From assembly GCA_037443265.1 (NCBI GenBank), contig JBBIOR010000006.1, forward strand, positions 26,924 to 90,923: 64,000 nt of DNA. The letters are read 5' to 3'. This document shows positions 18,370 to 28,575 of the stretch, piece by piece. The DNA is from Candidatus Fraserbacteria bacterium. Its GTDB lineage: Bacteria; Bipolaricaulota; Bipolaricaulia; RBG-16-55-9. Numbering within the stretch: position 1 is the stretch's first letter; every line of letters starts with the position of its first letter. The notes under the pieces are model-generated. The model did no database searches. It was given only the letters and a program-made list of their open reading frames with translations, and was not told the DNA's origin. Position numbers and translations under genes: made by a program.

Positions 18370-21024
18370 TCACTGCTTTGAGCAGGTGGAGCAGCGGTCT
18401 ACGATCTCTGTCATGATCTCACGGTACATGCGCTGCAAGAAGGCGTGGCGGTCCTCGAATTTAATGAGATCGCTTCGGCCCTGCATCACGATGTGGAACG
18501 CGAAGGGACTGGGATGCGGGACGATTCTCCCCGCGATCTCAATCTCGCCTCGGCGGATCTCATCGAGGATCTGCTCCGCGTGTATTACGTCCATGGCGTC
18601 TTCCATCACTTCCCGATAGGCCTCCCATAAGATGGGGAAACGATCATCCAGCGCTTCGACGGCACTTTGCAAGAGCAGGGCCTTCATCTGCTGGCTGCCC
18701 ACGGATTTCCTGTGGCCCTTGTAGTTTTTCAGGATCATCAAGGCCCGCGTGGCACAGTGCCGAAACCGCCGCTTGAGGATCTCGGTGTGGCCGAGCGCGT
18801 CTTTGAGCACGGAGCGCAGATCCCGCTCTCTTAGGAGATCGAAGGCGGCCATCACCCGCACGCTCCCCTCATAGGCCAAATAGAACCCATGATCCGTGAT
18901 GCCCACCTCGACGTCTTTGTCTTCGCGGCGCGCAATCAGCCAGGCGAGCGCTCGACTCAAGGCGTCATTGACCCTGCGTCCGAAGAGCGTGTGGAAGATC
19001 ACCCAAGTTTTAACGGGGCTCTTCCAGCGTTCGGGAAGGAGCTCTTCTTGATAATATTCGATCAAGATCTTGTGCCGGTGGGGGATCTCGGCGTAGCGGT
19101 GCTGCTCGGCGAAATAGCGATAGAGCGATTCCACCCCACGTTCGTCCAGATATAAATGGGCTCGAAGGAAGGCCTTGATCTCCTCGGGGGGGCGGCCTTC
19201 CTCGAACATCTGGGCCACCCTGAGGCGGAATTCTTGAATGTCGAGGGCCAGGTCGAAGCTGAGCGGAAGCATCTCGGAAAACCACGAAGGCACCGTGGGG
19301 CTCTTCCCATAGGCCGGGTCCACTTGGGCCGTCATGCCCCGCGAGTATTTGAATTTATAGGTATCTCCGCCCAGAACGAAAACATCTCCCTTGCGCAGCA
19401 TCTCCAAGAAAGACTCTTCGATGCTGCCGATCCGTCGCTCACCGGACTTTACGGTCACGTACGACTCGTCCGGGATCGTGCCCACATTGGTGAGATAGAG
19501 CACGCGTGCCAGCCGCCCGCGCTTCCCGATCAGGCCCTGGTTGCGGTCATAGTAGATCTTGGCATAGACGCGCCGATCTTCGAGCGAAGCGTACTCTCCG
19601 GCGAGATATTCGAGAACCCGCTCGAAGTCTTGGCGTGAGAGATCGCGATAGCTATAGCTGCGGGTGACGAGCTCATAGAGATCCTCGACGCCTCTGGGGC
19701 CGTCGAGCAAGATCCCAAAGATCTGCTGCGCCAGCACATCTAAACAGTTCTGCGGGATGTGGATCTGGTCGAGTCTGCGTTCCACGGCGCTTCTTAGCAT
19801 CACGGCGCACTCCACAAGATCATCGCGATCCGTGACGACGATTCGGCCCTTGATCGTGTCGTGGAGCTTGTGGCCGCTTCGGCCCACGCGCTGGAGGGCC
19901 CGCGTCACGCTCTTGGGAGAGCCTAAAAGAATCACGAGATCGACGTAGCCGATGTCAATCCCAAGCTCCAGGGAAGTAGAGGAGACCACGACCCGCAGGT
20001 CGCCGCTCTTTAAGCGATTCTCGATCTCCCATCTCAGCTCTTTGGAGAGGGAGCCGTGATGGGCCCCAATGAATTCAGAAAGCTTAGGGTAACGCTCTTT
20101 TAAGAAGTGCACCACGCGCTCCGTGCCTGAGCGCGTATTGGTGAAGATGAGCGTGGTGCGATGCTCGTCGATTAGGCGGGCCAGAAGCCCATAGAGATTG
20201 CCGTGCAATTCCTCCGTCGAACAGTGGATGAAGTCTTCGACGGGGCTGAGCACTGTAAGATCGAGTCTCTTATCGAAGCGGGCGTCCACGATCCAGCAGT
20301 CGCGCCAGGGGTCTTCGCTGGGGGCGACCTCCGCTAGGCATTGCCCGTATCTGCGTCCGACGAGAAATCTGGCGACTTCTTCTAGGGGACTGATGGTGGC
20401 CGAAAGCCCTATGCGCGTAAATTCTGTAAGCTCGCTGAGCCGCTCCAGCGAGAGCGTAAGGTGCGCCCCGCGCTTGTTCTCCGCGAGCGCATGGACTTCA
20501 TCGACGATCACCCAGCGGACGTTCCGAAAGTGTTGGGAGAACTCCCTTGAAGAGAGGGAGATGGCGAGCGATTCGGGCGTTGTGATCAAGATATGCGGGG
20601 CCTGAAGGAGCATCCGTTGCTTGTGGCTTGTGGGTGTATCACCAGTGCGCACAGCGACGCGAATGCCCAGTGCGCGTCCGGCGATCCGAGTGATTCCCTC
20701 CAGCGGTTCATTCAGATTCTTCTCGATGTCGTTGCCCAAGGCCTTGAGCGGCGAGATGTACACGCCATAGATGCGATTCTCCAGCTCATCTCGTTCGGCC
20801 AGGGAGATGAGTTCGCTCAGGATCGTCAAGAGGGCGCTCAACGTCTTGCCTGAGCCCGTGGGGGCTGAGATCAAGCAGTTCCTCCCCTGATGAATCAGAG
20901 GGATGGCATAGCACTGAGGAGGGCTGAAGCGTTCAAAGCGCTGCCGAAACCAAGCACGCACCCACGGGTGCAGGAGCGGATACAGCTCTTGGTCTTCATA
21001 GGCCACCGTCTGAAAGCGGATCAT
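18370..21024 (-). CDS. Lhr-like ATP-dependent SF2 helicase
   Basis: APTGSGKT, TTPESL, DEVH, SAT, HHGSLS, SLELGIDIG, QRVGRSGH. Confidence 0.93.
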   Translation of the reverse strand: MIRFQTVAYEDQELYPLLHPWVRAWFRQRFERFSPPQCYAIPLIHQGRNCLISAPTGSGKTLSALLTILSELISLAERDELENRIYGVYISPLKALGNDIEKNLNEPLEGITRIAGRALGIRVAVRTGDTPTSHKQRMLLQAPHILITTPESLAISLSSREFSQHFRNVRWVIVDEVHALAENKRGAHLTLSLERLSELTEFTRIGLSATISPLEEVARFLVGRRYGQCLAEVAPSEDPWRDCWIVDARFDKRLDLTVLSPVEDFIHCSTEELHGNLYGLLARLIDEHRTTLIFTNTRSGTERVVHFLKERYPKLSEFIGAHHGSLSKELRWEIENRLKSGDLRVVVSSTSLELGIDIGYVDLVILLGSPKSVTRALQRVGRSGHKLHDTIKGRIVVTDRDDLVECAVMLRSAVERRLDQIHIPQNCLDVLAQQIFGILLDGPRGVEDLYELVTRSYSYRDLSRQDFERVLEYLAGEYASLEDRRVYAKIYYDRNQGLIGKRGRLARVLYLTNVGTIPDESYVTVKSGERRIGSIEESFLEMLRKGDVFVLGGDTYKFKYSRGMTAQVDPAYGKSPTVPSWFSEMLPLSFDLALDIQEFRLRVAQMFEEGRPPEEIKAFLRAHLYLDERGVESLYRYFAEQHRYAEIPHRHKILIEYYQEELLPERWKSPVKTWVIFHTLFGRRVNDALSRALAWLIARREDKDVEVGITDHGFYLAYEGSVRVMAAFDLLRERDLRSVLKDALGHTEILKRRFRHCATRALMILKNYKGHRKSVGSQQMKALLLQSAVEALDDRFPILWEAYREVMEDAMDVIHAEQILDEIRRGEIEIAGRIVPHPSPFAFHIVMQGRSDLIKFEDRHAFLQRMYREIMTEIVDRCSTCSKQ

Positions 21025-21386
21025 GGCCAGCGCAGGATCTTCAGCCCCACGCGCGCGGTGCCCTTTTCGATCATCCCCAGCTCCTGCGCCGCGGCATACG
21101 AGAGATCGATGATCCGCCCGGGGATAAAGGGCCCTCGATCATTGATGCGCACAATGACGCTGCGACCCGTCTCCAGATCGACCACTTTAACGATCGTGCC
21201 CAAGGGCAGCGTCTTATGGGCTGCCGTCAGCGCGTTCATGTCGTAGATCTCTCCGCTGGAGGTTCTTTTGCCATGGAAGCCTGGGCCATACCAGGAGGCG
21301 ATCCCGACTTGGTCATAGCTTAGATGCTGTGCCAGCCCCAGCAGGAGGAGGAGCACAGCGGCACTGATAATTAAAACTTCGCGCAT
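21021..21386 (-). CDS. rlpA: RlpA-family double-psi beta-barrel lytic transglycosylase
   Basis: GIASWYG, TAAHKTLP, RINDRGPF, RIIDLS. Confidence 0.93.
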   Translation of the reverse strand: MREVLIISAAVLLLLLGLAQHLSYDQVGIASWYGPGFHGKRTSSGEIYDMNALTAAHKTLPLGTIVKVVDLETGRSVIVRINDRGPFIPGRIIDLSYAAAQELGMIEKGTARVGLKILRWP

Positions 21387-21478
21387 CTTGGATCTCTTAG
21401 GAGCAACGCCTCAAGGCGTGCTCAGCGATTGTAGTGCGGGGCATAAAGAGGTGCAACCATTCCATCGGGTGCGGGATT

Positions 21479-21934
21479 TTAAAATAGGCTCACGATGCGG
21501 TCGAGCAAGACGTGCAAGATGTTGGGAAGGTAGAGCCCGGCTCCCAGGGTGAGCCACGCCCGCTCGGTGAGCCAAAGGGGAGTCCCTTGAGGCAGCGCGA
21601 ACCCCAAAGCGCCCAGCCCCACGAGCACCAACGCGAAGACCAGCCCCAAATACGCCAGACGAGTCAGAGGCCCCAGGATCAAGCTGTGGCTTAGGCCGCG
21701 ATGCTTGAAGATTTTATAATAAAAAATCCAGAGGAAGCCTAAGAGTCCCCAGCGCCGTCGGGAGCTGTTGTGCCGAAGATCCAAATCTGGGCTGAGCAGC
21801 AGGCTGGCCAAGAGATAGGCTCCGGCAAATAGAAGAAGCTCCGGCCAGCTGGGCTTAAAGAGATAGTAGAAGCCGGCCACGAAGAACGGCCCCAGGAACA
21901 ACTCAACCGCGGCATGCGTCTTCCCCGAAGGCAT
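21479..21934 (-). CDS. DUF2227-like putative metal-binding membrane protein
   Basis: MPSGKTH, LSPDLD, HRGLSHS, LH...D. Confidence 0.85.
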   Translation of the reverse strand: MPSGKTHAAVELFLGPFFVAGFYYLFKPSWPELLLFAGAYLLASLLLSPDLDLRHNSSRRRWGLLGFLWIFYYKIFKHRGLSHSLILGPLTRLAYLGLVFALVLVGLGALGFALPQGTPLWLTERAWLTLGAGLYLPNILHVLLDRIVSLF

Positions 21935-22004
21935 ACTGGCAATGGGAAAGATAACGGAATAAGATCATAGGGCCTAGGGCATCGGTCACCTCCATCGGCG
22001 ACCC

Positions 22005-22061
22005 TTGACGCCCTAGGCGGCATCCGCTACAATCTTAGCAATCAACTCTTGTGAGTGCTAA
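22005..22061 (+). promoter_or_regulatory. groESL sigma70 promoter with CIRCE element (HrcA operator)
   Basis: TTGACG-N17-TACAAT (22005-22033); TTAGCAATC-N9-GAGTGCTAA (22035-22061), one mismatch to the CIRCE consensus. Confidence 0.92.
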
Positions 22062-22101
22062 ATAACTCCAGATTTCTGAATGGACCGCGAAAGGAGGAGG
22101 G

Positions 22102-22383
22102 ATGGCTAGGAAGCTCAAGCTGCGACCCCTGGGCAGCCGGGTGCTCGTCCGGGAGGTCAAAGAGGAAGAGAAAGGGGGGATCGTCCTCCCGGAAGATGTC
22201 GAGACCGATCGGGACTATCTGAAGGCTGAGGTGGTCGAGATCGGGACCGAATCGGAGAAGATTCAAGTCAAGAAGGGCGATCGGGTGCTTCTGGACGGCT
22301 TCTCCGGCAAGAAGCTGGAGATCGACGGAGAAGAATATCTGATCGTCAAATCCAGCGACATTCTCGCGGTGGTTGAATCGTAA
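22102..22383 (+). CDS. groES: Co-chaperonin GroES
   Basis: LRPLGSRVLV, GGIVLP, VKKGDRVL, DILAVV. Confidence 0.95.
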   Translation: MARKLKLRPLGSRVLVREVKEEEKGGIVLPEDVETDRDYLKAEVVEIGTESEKIQVKKGDRVLLDGFSGKKLEIDGEEYLIVKSSDILAVVES

Positions 22384-22404
22384 AGAGAACGGAGGAGGAG
22401 GAGT

Positions 22405-24027
22405 ATGCCCAAGAAGTACAAGGAAGTCATCTTCGATGATGAAGCACGGGAGAGGCTGAAGAAGGGGATCGAGCGGCTGACGAACGCGGTGCGCATCACG
22501 CTGGGTCCGCGCGGCCGCTACGTCATCCTCGCCAAGGAGTTCGGGGCTCCCAAGGTCGTCGACGACGGGGTCACCATCGCCGAGGAGCAGGAATATCTCG
22601 ACGAATTTGAGAACATGGGGGCCCAGCTGCTCAAGCAAGTCGCCAAGGAGACGGAGGACGTAGCCGGGGATGGCACGACCACGGCCACCATCTTGGCCCA
22701 CGCGCTCATCACCGAGGGGATGAAGAACATCACCGCGGGGGCCAACCCGATTCAGCTCAAGCGCGGCCTGGAGAAGGCCGTCGAAGTCGTAGTCGAGGAG
22801 CTCACCAAGGCGAGCAAGGAACTCAAGACCAAAGAAGAGATGGCCCGCGTGGCCACAAACTCCGCCCACGACGAGGAGATCGGCAGGATCATCGCTGACA
22901 CCATGGATAAAGTGGGCAAAAACGGGGTCATCACCGTGGAAGAGTCGGACACGATCGAGACCTACTATGAGATGGTCGAGGGGATGCAATTTGACCGCGG
23001 GTACCTGAGCCCCTACTTCATCACCAACGCGGAGAAGATGGAGGCCGAACTCAAGGAGCCCTACATCCTCATCACAGACCAGGAGCTCAAGAAGGCCCGC
23101 GATCTGGTGCCCGTCCTGGAGAAGGTGGCCCAGACGGGTAAGCCCCTGCTGGTCATCGCCGAGGACGTCGAGGGCGAGGCACTCACCACTCTGGTGATCA
23201 ACAAACTCCGCGGGACTCTTCAGAGCGTGGCGGTGAAAGCCCCGGGCTTTGGGGATCGCCGCAAGGCCATGCTCCAAGACATCGCCATCCTCACCGGTGG
23301 CCAAGTCATCGCCGAGGACGCGGGCATGAAGGTCGAGAACGCCACCCTCGATATGCTCGGACGAGCGGAGAAAGTGATCGTCACCGACGACGACACCACC
23401 ATCATCGGAGGCAAGGGCAGCAAGAAGGAGATTGAGGGCCGCATCGAGCAGATCAAGAAGCAGATGGAGAACACCGACTCCGACTACGACCGGGAGAAGC
23501 TGCAAGAGCGGATGGCCAAGCTCGCCGGTGGGGTGGCGGTCATTAAAGTGGGCGCACCGACGGAAGCGGAGCTGGAGGAGAAGAAGCACCGCATGGAGGA
23601 CGCCTTGGAGGCCACGAAGGCTGCCGTCGATGAAGGGATCCTCCCTGGTGGGGAGGTGGCGCTACTCAATGCCGCCAAGGCGCTGGAGAAGCTCAAGCTA
23701 GACGACGATCAACAGATTGGCGTCCGGCTGCTCAAGAAGGCGCTGGAGGCCCCCCTCAAGCAGCTGGCGGAGAACGCCGGATACGAGGGCAACATCGTCG
23801 TCGAGAAGGTCAAGACGCTGGAGAAGGGCATGGGCTTTGACGTGGTCACGGAGCAGTATGTCGACATGATGAAGGCGGGGATCATCGATCCGACGAAGGT
23901 CCTCAAATCTGCCGTGCTCAATGCCGTAAGCGTCGCCGGGATGATCCTCACCAGCGGCGCGTGTGTGGCCATCAAGGAGATCGGCGAGGACAAGCAGATG
24001 ACTCCGCCGACTCCCGACATGTACTAA
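22405..24027 (+). CDS. groEL: Chaperonin GroEL
   Basis: [35 protein letters not shown]. Confidence 0.98.
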   Translation: MPKKYKEVIFDDEARERLKKGIERLTNAVRITLGPRGRYVILAKEFGAPKVVDDGVTIAEEQEYLDEFENMGAQLLKQVAKETEDVAGDGTTTATILAHALITEGMKNITAGANPIQLKRGLEKAVEVVVEELTKASKELKTKEEMARVATNSAHDEEIGRIIADTMDKVGKNGVITVEESDTIETYYEMVEGMQFDRGYLSPYFITNAEKMEAELKEPYILITDQELKKARDLVPVLEKVAQTGKPLLVIAEDVEGEALTTLVINKLRGTLQSVAVKAPGFGDRRKAMLQDIAILTGGQVIAEDAGMKVENATLDMLGRAEKVIVTDDDTTIIGGKGSKKEIEGRIEQIKKQMENTDSDYDREKLQERMAKLAGGVAVIKVGAPTEAELEEKKHRMEDALEATKAAVDEGILPGGEVALLNAAKALEKLKLDDDQQIGVRLLKKALEAPLKQLAENAGYEGNIVVEKVKTLEKGMGFDVVTEQYVDMMKAGIIDPTKVLKSAVLNAVSVAGMILTSGACVAIKEIGEDKQMTPPTPDMY

Positions 24028-24051
24028 CGCCTCACCTGAGGGTGTGAAGCT

Positions 24052-24097
24052 TCCCTCTGCGACGCTATAATCCAGCGTCGCAGAGGGATTCTTAATT
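24052..24097 (+). terminator. Intrinsic terminator after groEL
   Basis: 15-bp perfect inverted repeat TCCCTCTGCGACGCT/AGCGTCGCAGAGGGA followed by TTCTTAATT. Confidence 0.8.
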
Positions 24098-24964
24098 ATG
24101 GGCAGACCCGTCGTAGGCTTGGCCCTAGGAGGCGGAGGAGCCCGAGGGTATGCTCACTTGGGCGTCATTCGAGTCTTAGAAAGACACCAGATTCCCATGG
24201 ACGTCATCGCCGGGACGAGCATGGGGGCGGTCATCGGCGGGGCCTACGCCTGCGGCGTGGATCTGACGAAGCTGGAGCAGATTCTAAAGACGCTCGACCT
24301 GAATCGCTTGCTGCGCCTCCCGCGCAACTCCGTTCGCGGTATCCTGGGCAACACCGCCTCGGAATATCTTTTTAAGCGAAGGGATTGGCGCCAGCAGGAT
24401 CTCGCGGGCACTCGGGCGCTCATCGAGTTTTTTCACGTCTTCACGCGCGGGCAGAGCTTTGCGGAGCTGAAGAGGCGCTTTGCGGTCGTGGCGGTGGACA
24501 TCGACACCGGCGAGCAGGTCATCCTACAAGAGGGGCCGGTGGCGCGGGCGGTGGCTGCGGGGGTCACCATCCCCGGCCTCCACTACCCTGTGCGCTATCA
24601 AGATCGCTTTCTCATCGATGGGGGACTGGTCAATCGGGTGCCGGCCGATGTGGCCTTCTCCATGGGGGCAGAGGTCGTCATCGCCGTCGATGTCAGCACT
24701 GCGCTGGAGAAGCCGGAGGCTCTGACCAGCGTGGAGGTGCTCCTGCAAGCTGAGAGCATCCTCCTGCGGGAGATGACCCGGCTGAGGCTCGAGCTGCTTC
24801 GGCAGCGCGTCGGCTCCCGGCTCTTCATCTTAGAGCCCCCGGTCCAGCGCGTGAAGACCCTCGCGCTTGAGGAGCTCGAGCCCCCCATTCGCGCGGGTGA
24901 AGAGGAGACCCAGCGCCGCATCGAAGAGATTCAAGCGCTCATCGCGCGCTACACCTCCTCCTGA
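24098..24964 (+). CDS. Patatin-like phospholipase
   Basis: GGGGARG, GTSMG, DGG motifs. Confidence 0.93.
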   Translation: MGRPVVGLALGGGGARGYAHLGVIRVLERHQIPMDVIAGTSMGAVIGGAYACGVDLTKLEQILKTLDLNRLLRLPRNSVRGILGNTASEYLFKRRDWRQQDLAGTRALIEFFHVFTRGQSFAELKRRFAVVAVDIDTGEQVILQEGPVARAVAAGVTIPGLHYPVRYQDRFLIDGGLVNRVPADVAFSMGAEVVIAVDVSTALEKPEALTSVEVLLQAESILLREMTRLRLELLRQRVGSRLFILEPPVQRVKTLALEELEPPIRAGEEETQRRIEEIQALIARYTSS

Positions 24965-24967
24965 GGA

Positions 24968-25606
24968 CTAGGGCTTCTTGCGCGAGTTTTCCGCCTTAGG
25001 GGTCCCGTTAATCGGGTTGCCGTCTTTGTCCTTGCCGTTGCGAGACTTCCCATCGTTAGAGGCCCAGTTGTCATCCGCATCGGCCCTCTCCGCGTTCACG
25101 CGCTCCATGCTGGCGTAGGGCACATCGCCTTGGGCATCTGTTCCGGCGGGCCATTCGCCTCCGTTGCCGTTGGCGGTGTCGATAATTCTGCCCTGGGCGT
25201 CCTTGAGCACGAGCGTCTCACCGGTGTTCTGGAGCGCTCCGGTGTAGATCAGATCTGCCGCCATGTCGCTGATGGTCTCATCGTCGGAGCGCTCCAGAAG
25301 ATAGAACCCGCGGCCGGGGATGAGCGTGCGCCGGACCTCTTTCGTGTTCTCTTGGGCGGACCCAAAGTGGATGATGATCTGATTCTCTCCCTCGCCCCAG
25401 CTGAGGGTCCATCCCCTAAGATCGATGTCGCGGCCGGTGTTGTTGCGCAGCTCGATCCACTCGTCGGCCGAGCTGGCAGCCGTGCCCATCCAGGCGATCT
25501 CGTTGATGGCCACCTCCGGACTTGGGGCCTGAGCCGTCCCCTGCCCGGGAGACCAGATCGCCAGTAAACCGAATAGCAACGCGGCGATGAGGAGCTGGAT
25601 CGCCAT
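24968..25606 (-). CDS. Secreted lamin-tail domain protein
   Basis: Signal peptide; INEIAWMG, EWIELRN, IDLRGWTL, SMER. Confidence 0.85.
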   Translation of the reverse strand: MAIQLLIAALLFGLLAIWSPGQGTAQAPSPEVAINEIAWMGTAASSADEWIELRNNTGRDIDLRGWTLSWGEGENQIIIHFGSAQENTKEVRRTLIPGRGFYLLERSDDETISDMAADLIYTGALQNTGETLVLKDAQGRIIDTANGNGGEWPAGTDAQGDVPYASMERVNAERADADDNWASNDGKSRNGKDKDGNPINGTPKAENSRKKP

Positions 25607-25647
25607 GTTGACCACTCCTTTGTGAATTATATTTTCTGTGTGTCTAT

Positions 25648-25676
25648 ATTATATATGCTAACACATAGGAAGTCAA
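25648..25676 (-). promoter_or_regulatory. Sigma70 promoter of the lamin-tail gene
   Basis: TTGACT-N17-TATAAT inside an AT-rich patch. Confidence 0.75.
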
Positions 25677-25761
25677 GTATGGCTGTATATATAATTCCTC
25701 TGGACGCACCCTCGGGGAGGGCGTATACGGCTCGATGAGCCCTTTCCAGCGCGTGATCGCC

Positions 25762-25790
25762 TTGACAGTCCTTGGGAGCCTTCCTATAAT
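25762..25790 (+). promoter_or_regulatory. Perfect-consensus sigma70 promoter of topA
   Basis: TTGACA-N17-TATAAT. Confidence 0.85.
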
Positions 25791-25848
25791 GTCCGGGCAT
25801 TGAAGAGATCTTGCTCTTGAATTCAAGGCTCTGAGGGGAGGTCCACGC

Positions 25849-28167
25849 ATGAGCAAGCTGGTCATCGTCGAATCCCCCACCAAGGCGCGCACCATCGAGC
25901 GCTACCTGGGAAAGGGCTTCAAAGTCTTGAGCTCTATGGGCCACGTGCGGGATCTGCCTGAGAAGGAGCTGGCCGTGGACATCGAGCGCGATTTTGAGCC
26001 CAAACTCATCGTCACGAACAAGAAAGCCGTCTCCCAGCTCAGAAAAGCCCTCGAGGGCGCCGAGGTCGTCTATCTTGCGACAGACAACGACCGCGAGGGG
26101 GAGGCCATCGCGTACGATCTTTACGAGGTGCTCGACCACAACCGCCAGAAGAAATATCTGCGAGTGGTCTTCAATGAGATCACCCAGCGCGTGATCTTAG
26201 AAGCCATCGAGCACCCCACGGATATTGATCTCAAGAAGGTCGAAGCCCAGCGGGCCCGAAGGATTCTCGATCGGCTCGTGGGATATCTCATCAGCCCCTT
26301 GCTCTCAAAGACCCTCTCCGGCAGCCAGTATGAAGGGCTCTCCGCCGGGCGCGTCCAGAGCGTGGCTCTTAGGCTCATCTGCGACCGCGAACGGGAGATT
26401 CAAGCCTTTATTCCAGAAGAGTACTGGACGATCGATGCCCAGCTTATGGATGGCAGAGAATTCTTAGCCCATCTGGAGCGCTACCAGGGTAAGAAGCCTC
26501 AGATTCCCAATCAAGCCGAGGCTGCGCGCATCCACCAAGAACTTAAGCGACTGGCGCAGGCTCCCGGCTTCATCGTGCAGGGCATCAAAGAAGAAGAATC
26601 TCATCGGAGTCCGCCGCCGCCGTTCATCACGAGCACCCTGCAGCAGGCGGCCTCTTCGCTGCTGCGCTTCTCGCCGCAGAAGACGATGCAGCTGGCCCAG
26701 CAGCTCTATGAGGGCGTCCCGCTGGAAGAGGGCCAAGAGGGCCTCATCACGTACATGCGCACAGACTCGCTGCGCGTCTCTGACATAGCCCGCAAGGAGC
26801 TCAGGGCGTTCATCCTCGCTGCCTTCGGCCACAAGTATCTCTCACCCCAGGAGCGGCTGTTCAAGAACAAGAAGGCCGCCCAAGATGCGCATGAGGCCAT
26901 CCGCCCCACGGACGTAAAGCGAACGCCCGAGTCGATCAAGCCATTCTTAACCCAAGATCAATACAAGCTCTACAAGCTCATCTGGGAGCGTTTCGTGGCC
27001 ACCCAGATGGCCGAGGCCCTCTATCACAAGCGAGCAGCCAGCATCTCGGCCAGCGATTATCTGTTCATGGCCAGAGGGAGCAAGCTCGTCTTCGACGGCT
27101 TTCTAAAGATCTGGAGGCTGCCGCCCATGAAAGACGAGGGCGTGGAGATCCCTGATCTTGCGGAGGGCGAGCGTCTCACGCTCATGGGCATTCTGGCAGA
27201 GCAGCACTTCACCGAGCCGCCCAAGCGCTACAGCGAGGCCTCTCTGGTGAAGGCGCTCGAAGAGAAGGGCATCGGACGCCCCAGCACGTATGCCACCATC
27301 GTCTCCACCATCCAGGAGCGCGGCTATGTCCAAAAAGAGAAGGGTGGAATCCTGCGGCCTACGCTTTTGGGCTTCATCGCTACAGATTTCTTGAAAGACT
27401 TCTTCCCCTTGACGGTCGAGGAGGGCTTTACGGCCCACATGGAAGAGGAGCTGGATAAGATCAGCAGCGGTGAACTCACCCGCGTCCAGGTGCTCCGAGA
27501 GTTCTACGAGCCCTTGTCCAAAAGGCTCGAGCACGTCCAACGCGAGCTCAGCCAAGACCGCCTGAGCTTTCGCATCCTGACGGACGTGAGTTGTCCGAGC
27601 TGCGGCGCGCCCATGGAAGTGCGCTTCTGGAAGGGCAAGTCCTTCCTGGGCTGCTCACGCTATCCCGACTGCAAGCAGACGATCGATTTCCCCGAGAACG
27701 TCGAGTACCTCTACCAGGGCAAGCGCGTGCTCATCCAAGAGCAACTCAAAACCCATGAGCAAAAGAAAGAGATGACGGCTAAAGCGGCGGGACGGACCTG
27801 TCCCAACTGCGGCGCGCCCATGGAACTGAGAGATGGAAGATTCGGGCGCTTCTACGGCTGCTCACGCTATCCCGACTGCAAGACGACCGAGCCCATCTCC
27901 ACGGGAGTCCCTTGCCCGCTCTGCGGACGCGATATGGTCGAGCGCTACTCTCGCAAGAAGCAGAAGGCCTTCTATGGCTGCCAGGGCTATCCGGAGTGCA
28001 CATTCACCGTCAATGAACGTCCGGTCAAGCTCTGCCCGGCGTGCGAGGAGGGCGTACTGGTCCGGCGCGGGGACGGAGAAGAAGTGCTCAGCTGTAGCAA
28101 CAAGAAGTGCGGCCATCGCGAGGTCGTCGAGCCTTCTGTCGCTGCCTCCTCCACAGAAGAGGAGTGA
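25849..28167 (+). CDS. topA: DNA topoisomerase I with C-terminal zinc ribbons
   Basis: LVIVESPTKA, ATDNDREGE, SAGRVQ, ITYMRTD, GIGRPSTY, repeated CPxCG...GCxxYPxC. Confidence 0.98.
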   Translation: MSKLVIVESPTKARTIERYLGKGFKVLSSMGHVRDLPEKELAVDIERDFEPKLIVTNKKAVSQLRKALEGAEVVYLATDNDREGEAIAYDLYEVLDHNRQKKYLRVVFNEITQRVILEAIEHPTDIDLKKVEAQRARRILDRLVGYLISPLLSKTLSGSQYEGLSAGRVQSVALRLICDREREIQAFIPEEYWTIDAQLMDGREFLAHLERYQGKKPQIPNQAEAARIHQELKRLAQAPGFIVQGIKEEESHRSPPPPFITSTLQQAASSLLRFSPQKTMQLAQQLYEGVPLEEGQEGLITYMRTDSLRVSDIARKELRAFILAAFGHKYLSPQERLFKNKKAAQDAHEAIRPTDVKRTPESIKPFLTQDQYKLYKLIWERFVATQMAEALYHKRAASISASDYLFMARGSKLVFDGFLKIWRLPPMKDEGVEIPDLAEGERLTLMGILAEQHFTEPPKRYSEASLVKALEEKGIGRPSTYATIVSTIQERGYVQKEKGGILRPTLLGFIATDFLKDFFPLTVEEGFTAHMEEELDKISSGELTRVQVLREFYEPLSKRLEHVQRELSQDRLSFRILTDVSCPSCGAPMEVRFWKGKSFLGCSRYPDCKQTIDFPENVEYLYQGKRVLIQEQLKTHEQKKEMTAKAAGRTCPNCGAPMELRDGRFGRFYGCSRYPDCKTTEPISTGVPCPLCGRDMVERYSRKKQKAFYGCQGYPECTFTVNERPVKLCPACEEGVLVRRGDGEEVLSCSNKKCGHREVVEPSVAASSTEEE

Positions 28168-28169
28168 AC

Positions 28170-28568
28170 ATGCACCCCCAAGATTTCACTTATGTGATCG
28201 AGTCAAAGCGCGGGGTTCGCGAGGCGGTGGTCTCCGTCTGGAAGGCCGCCATGGCCGCGGGCTGGACGGTCGTAGGCGACTACGATCTGACGGGCCTGCT
28301 CACCATGGGAGACGGCTCGGTCGAGATCAAGAGCCTCGATATTTGTCGTCCTGAGCTGGCCCGGCCCTTTGTGCAAGAAGAGATGCTCACGGCGCTCTGC
28401 ATGCCCTGCAACGTGTTGATCTATTCTGAAGGCCGCAGGACGAAGCTGGCGGCGATGCGCCCGAGCGTCGTGATGCCCAAGCTCTTTGCAGAGGCTGCTC
28501 AATCGATCGGCGACGTGCTTAAGCGCGTGGATCAGGAGCTTCAGAGGATCCTGGAGGCGGCCAAGTGA
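28170..28568 (+). CDS. DUF302 family protein
   Basis: LDICRP...LCMPCNVLIY...AAMRP pattern; GAGGAG SD. Confidence 0.85.
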   Translation: MHPQDFTYVIESKRGVREAVVSVWKAAMAAGWTVVGDYDLTGLLTMGDGSVEIKSLDICRPELARPFVQEEMLTALCMPCNVLIYSEGRRTKLAAMRPSVVMPKLFAEAAQSIGDVLKRVDQELQRILEAAK

Positions 28569-28575
28569 GCGAGCC

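Noticed and set aside
22042..23589. 515-aa ORF antisense to groES/groEL
   Set aside because: Typical shadow ORF caused by strong codon bias in a highly expressed gene; the sense strand has all chaperonin motifs
4829..25689. Shared ATGGCTGTATA 11-mer in two promoter regions, resembling a LexA half site
   Set aside because: No CTG-N10-CAG palindrome; overlaps AT-rich -10-like sequence, so chance similarity is plausible
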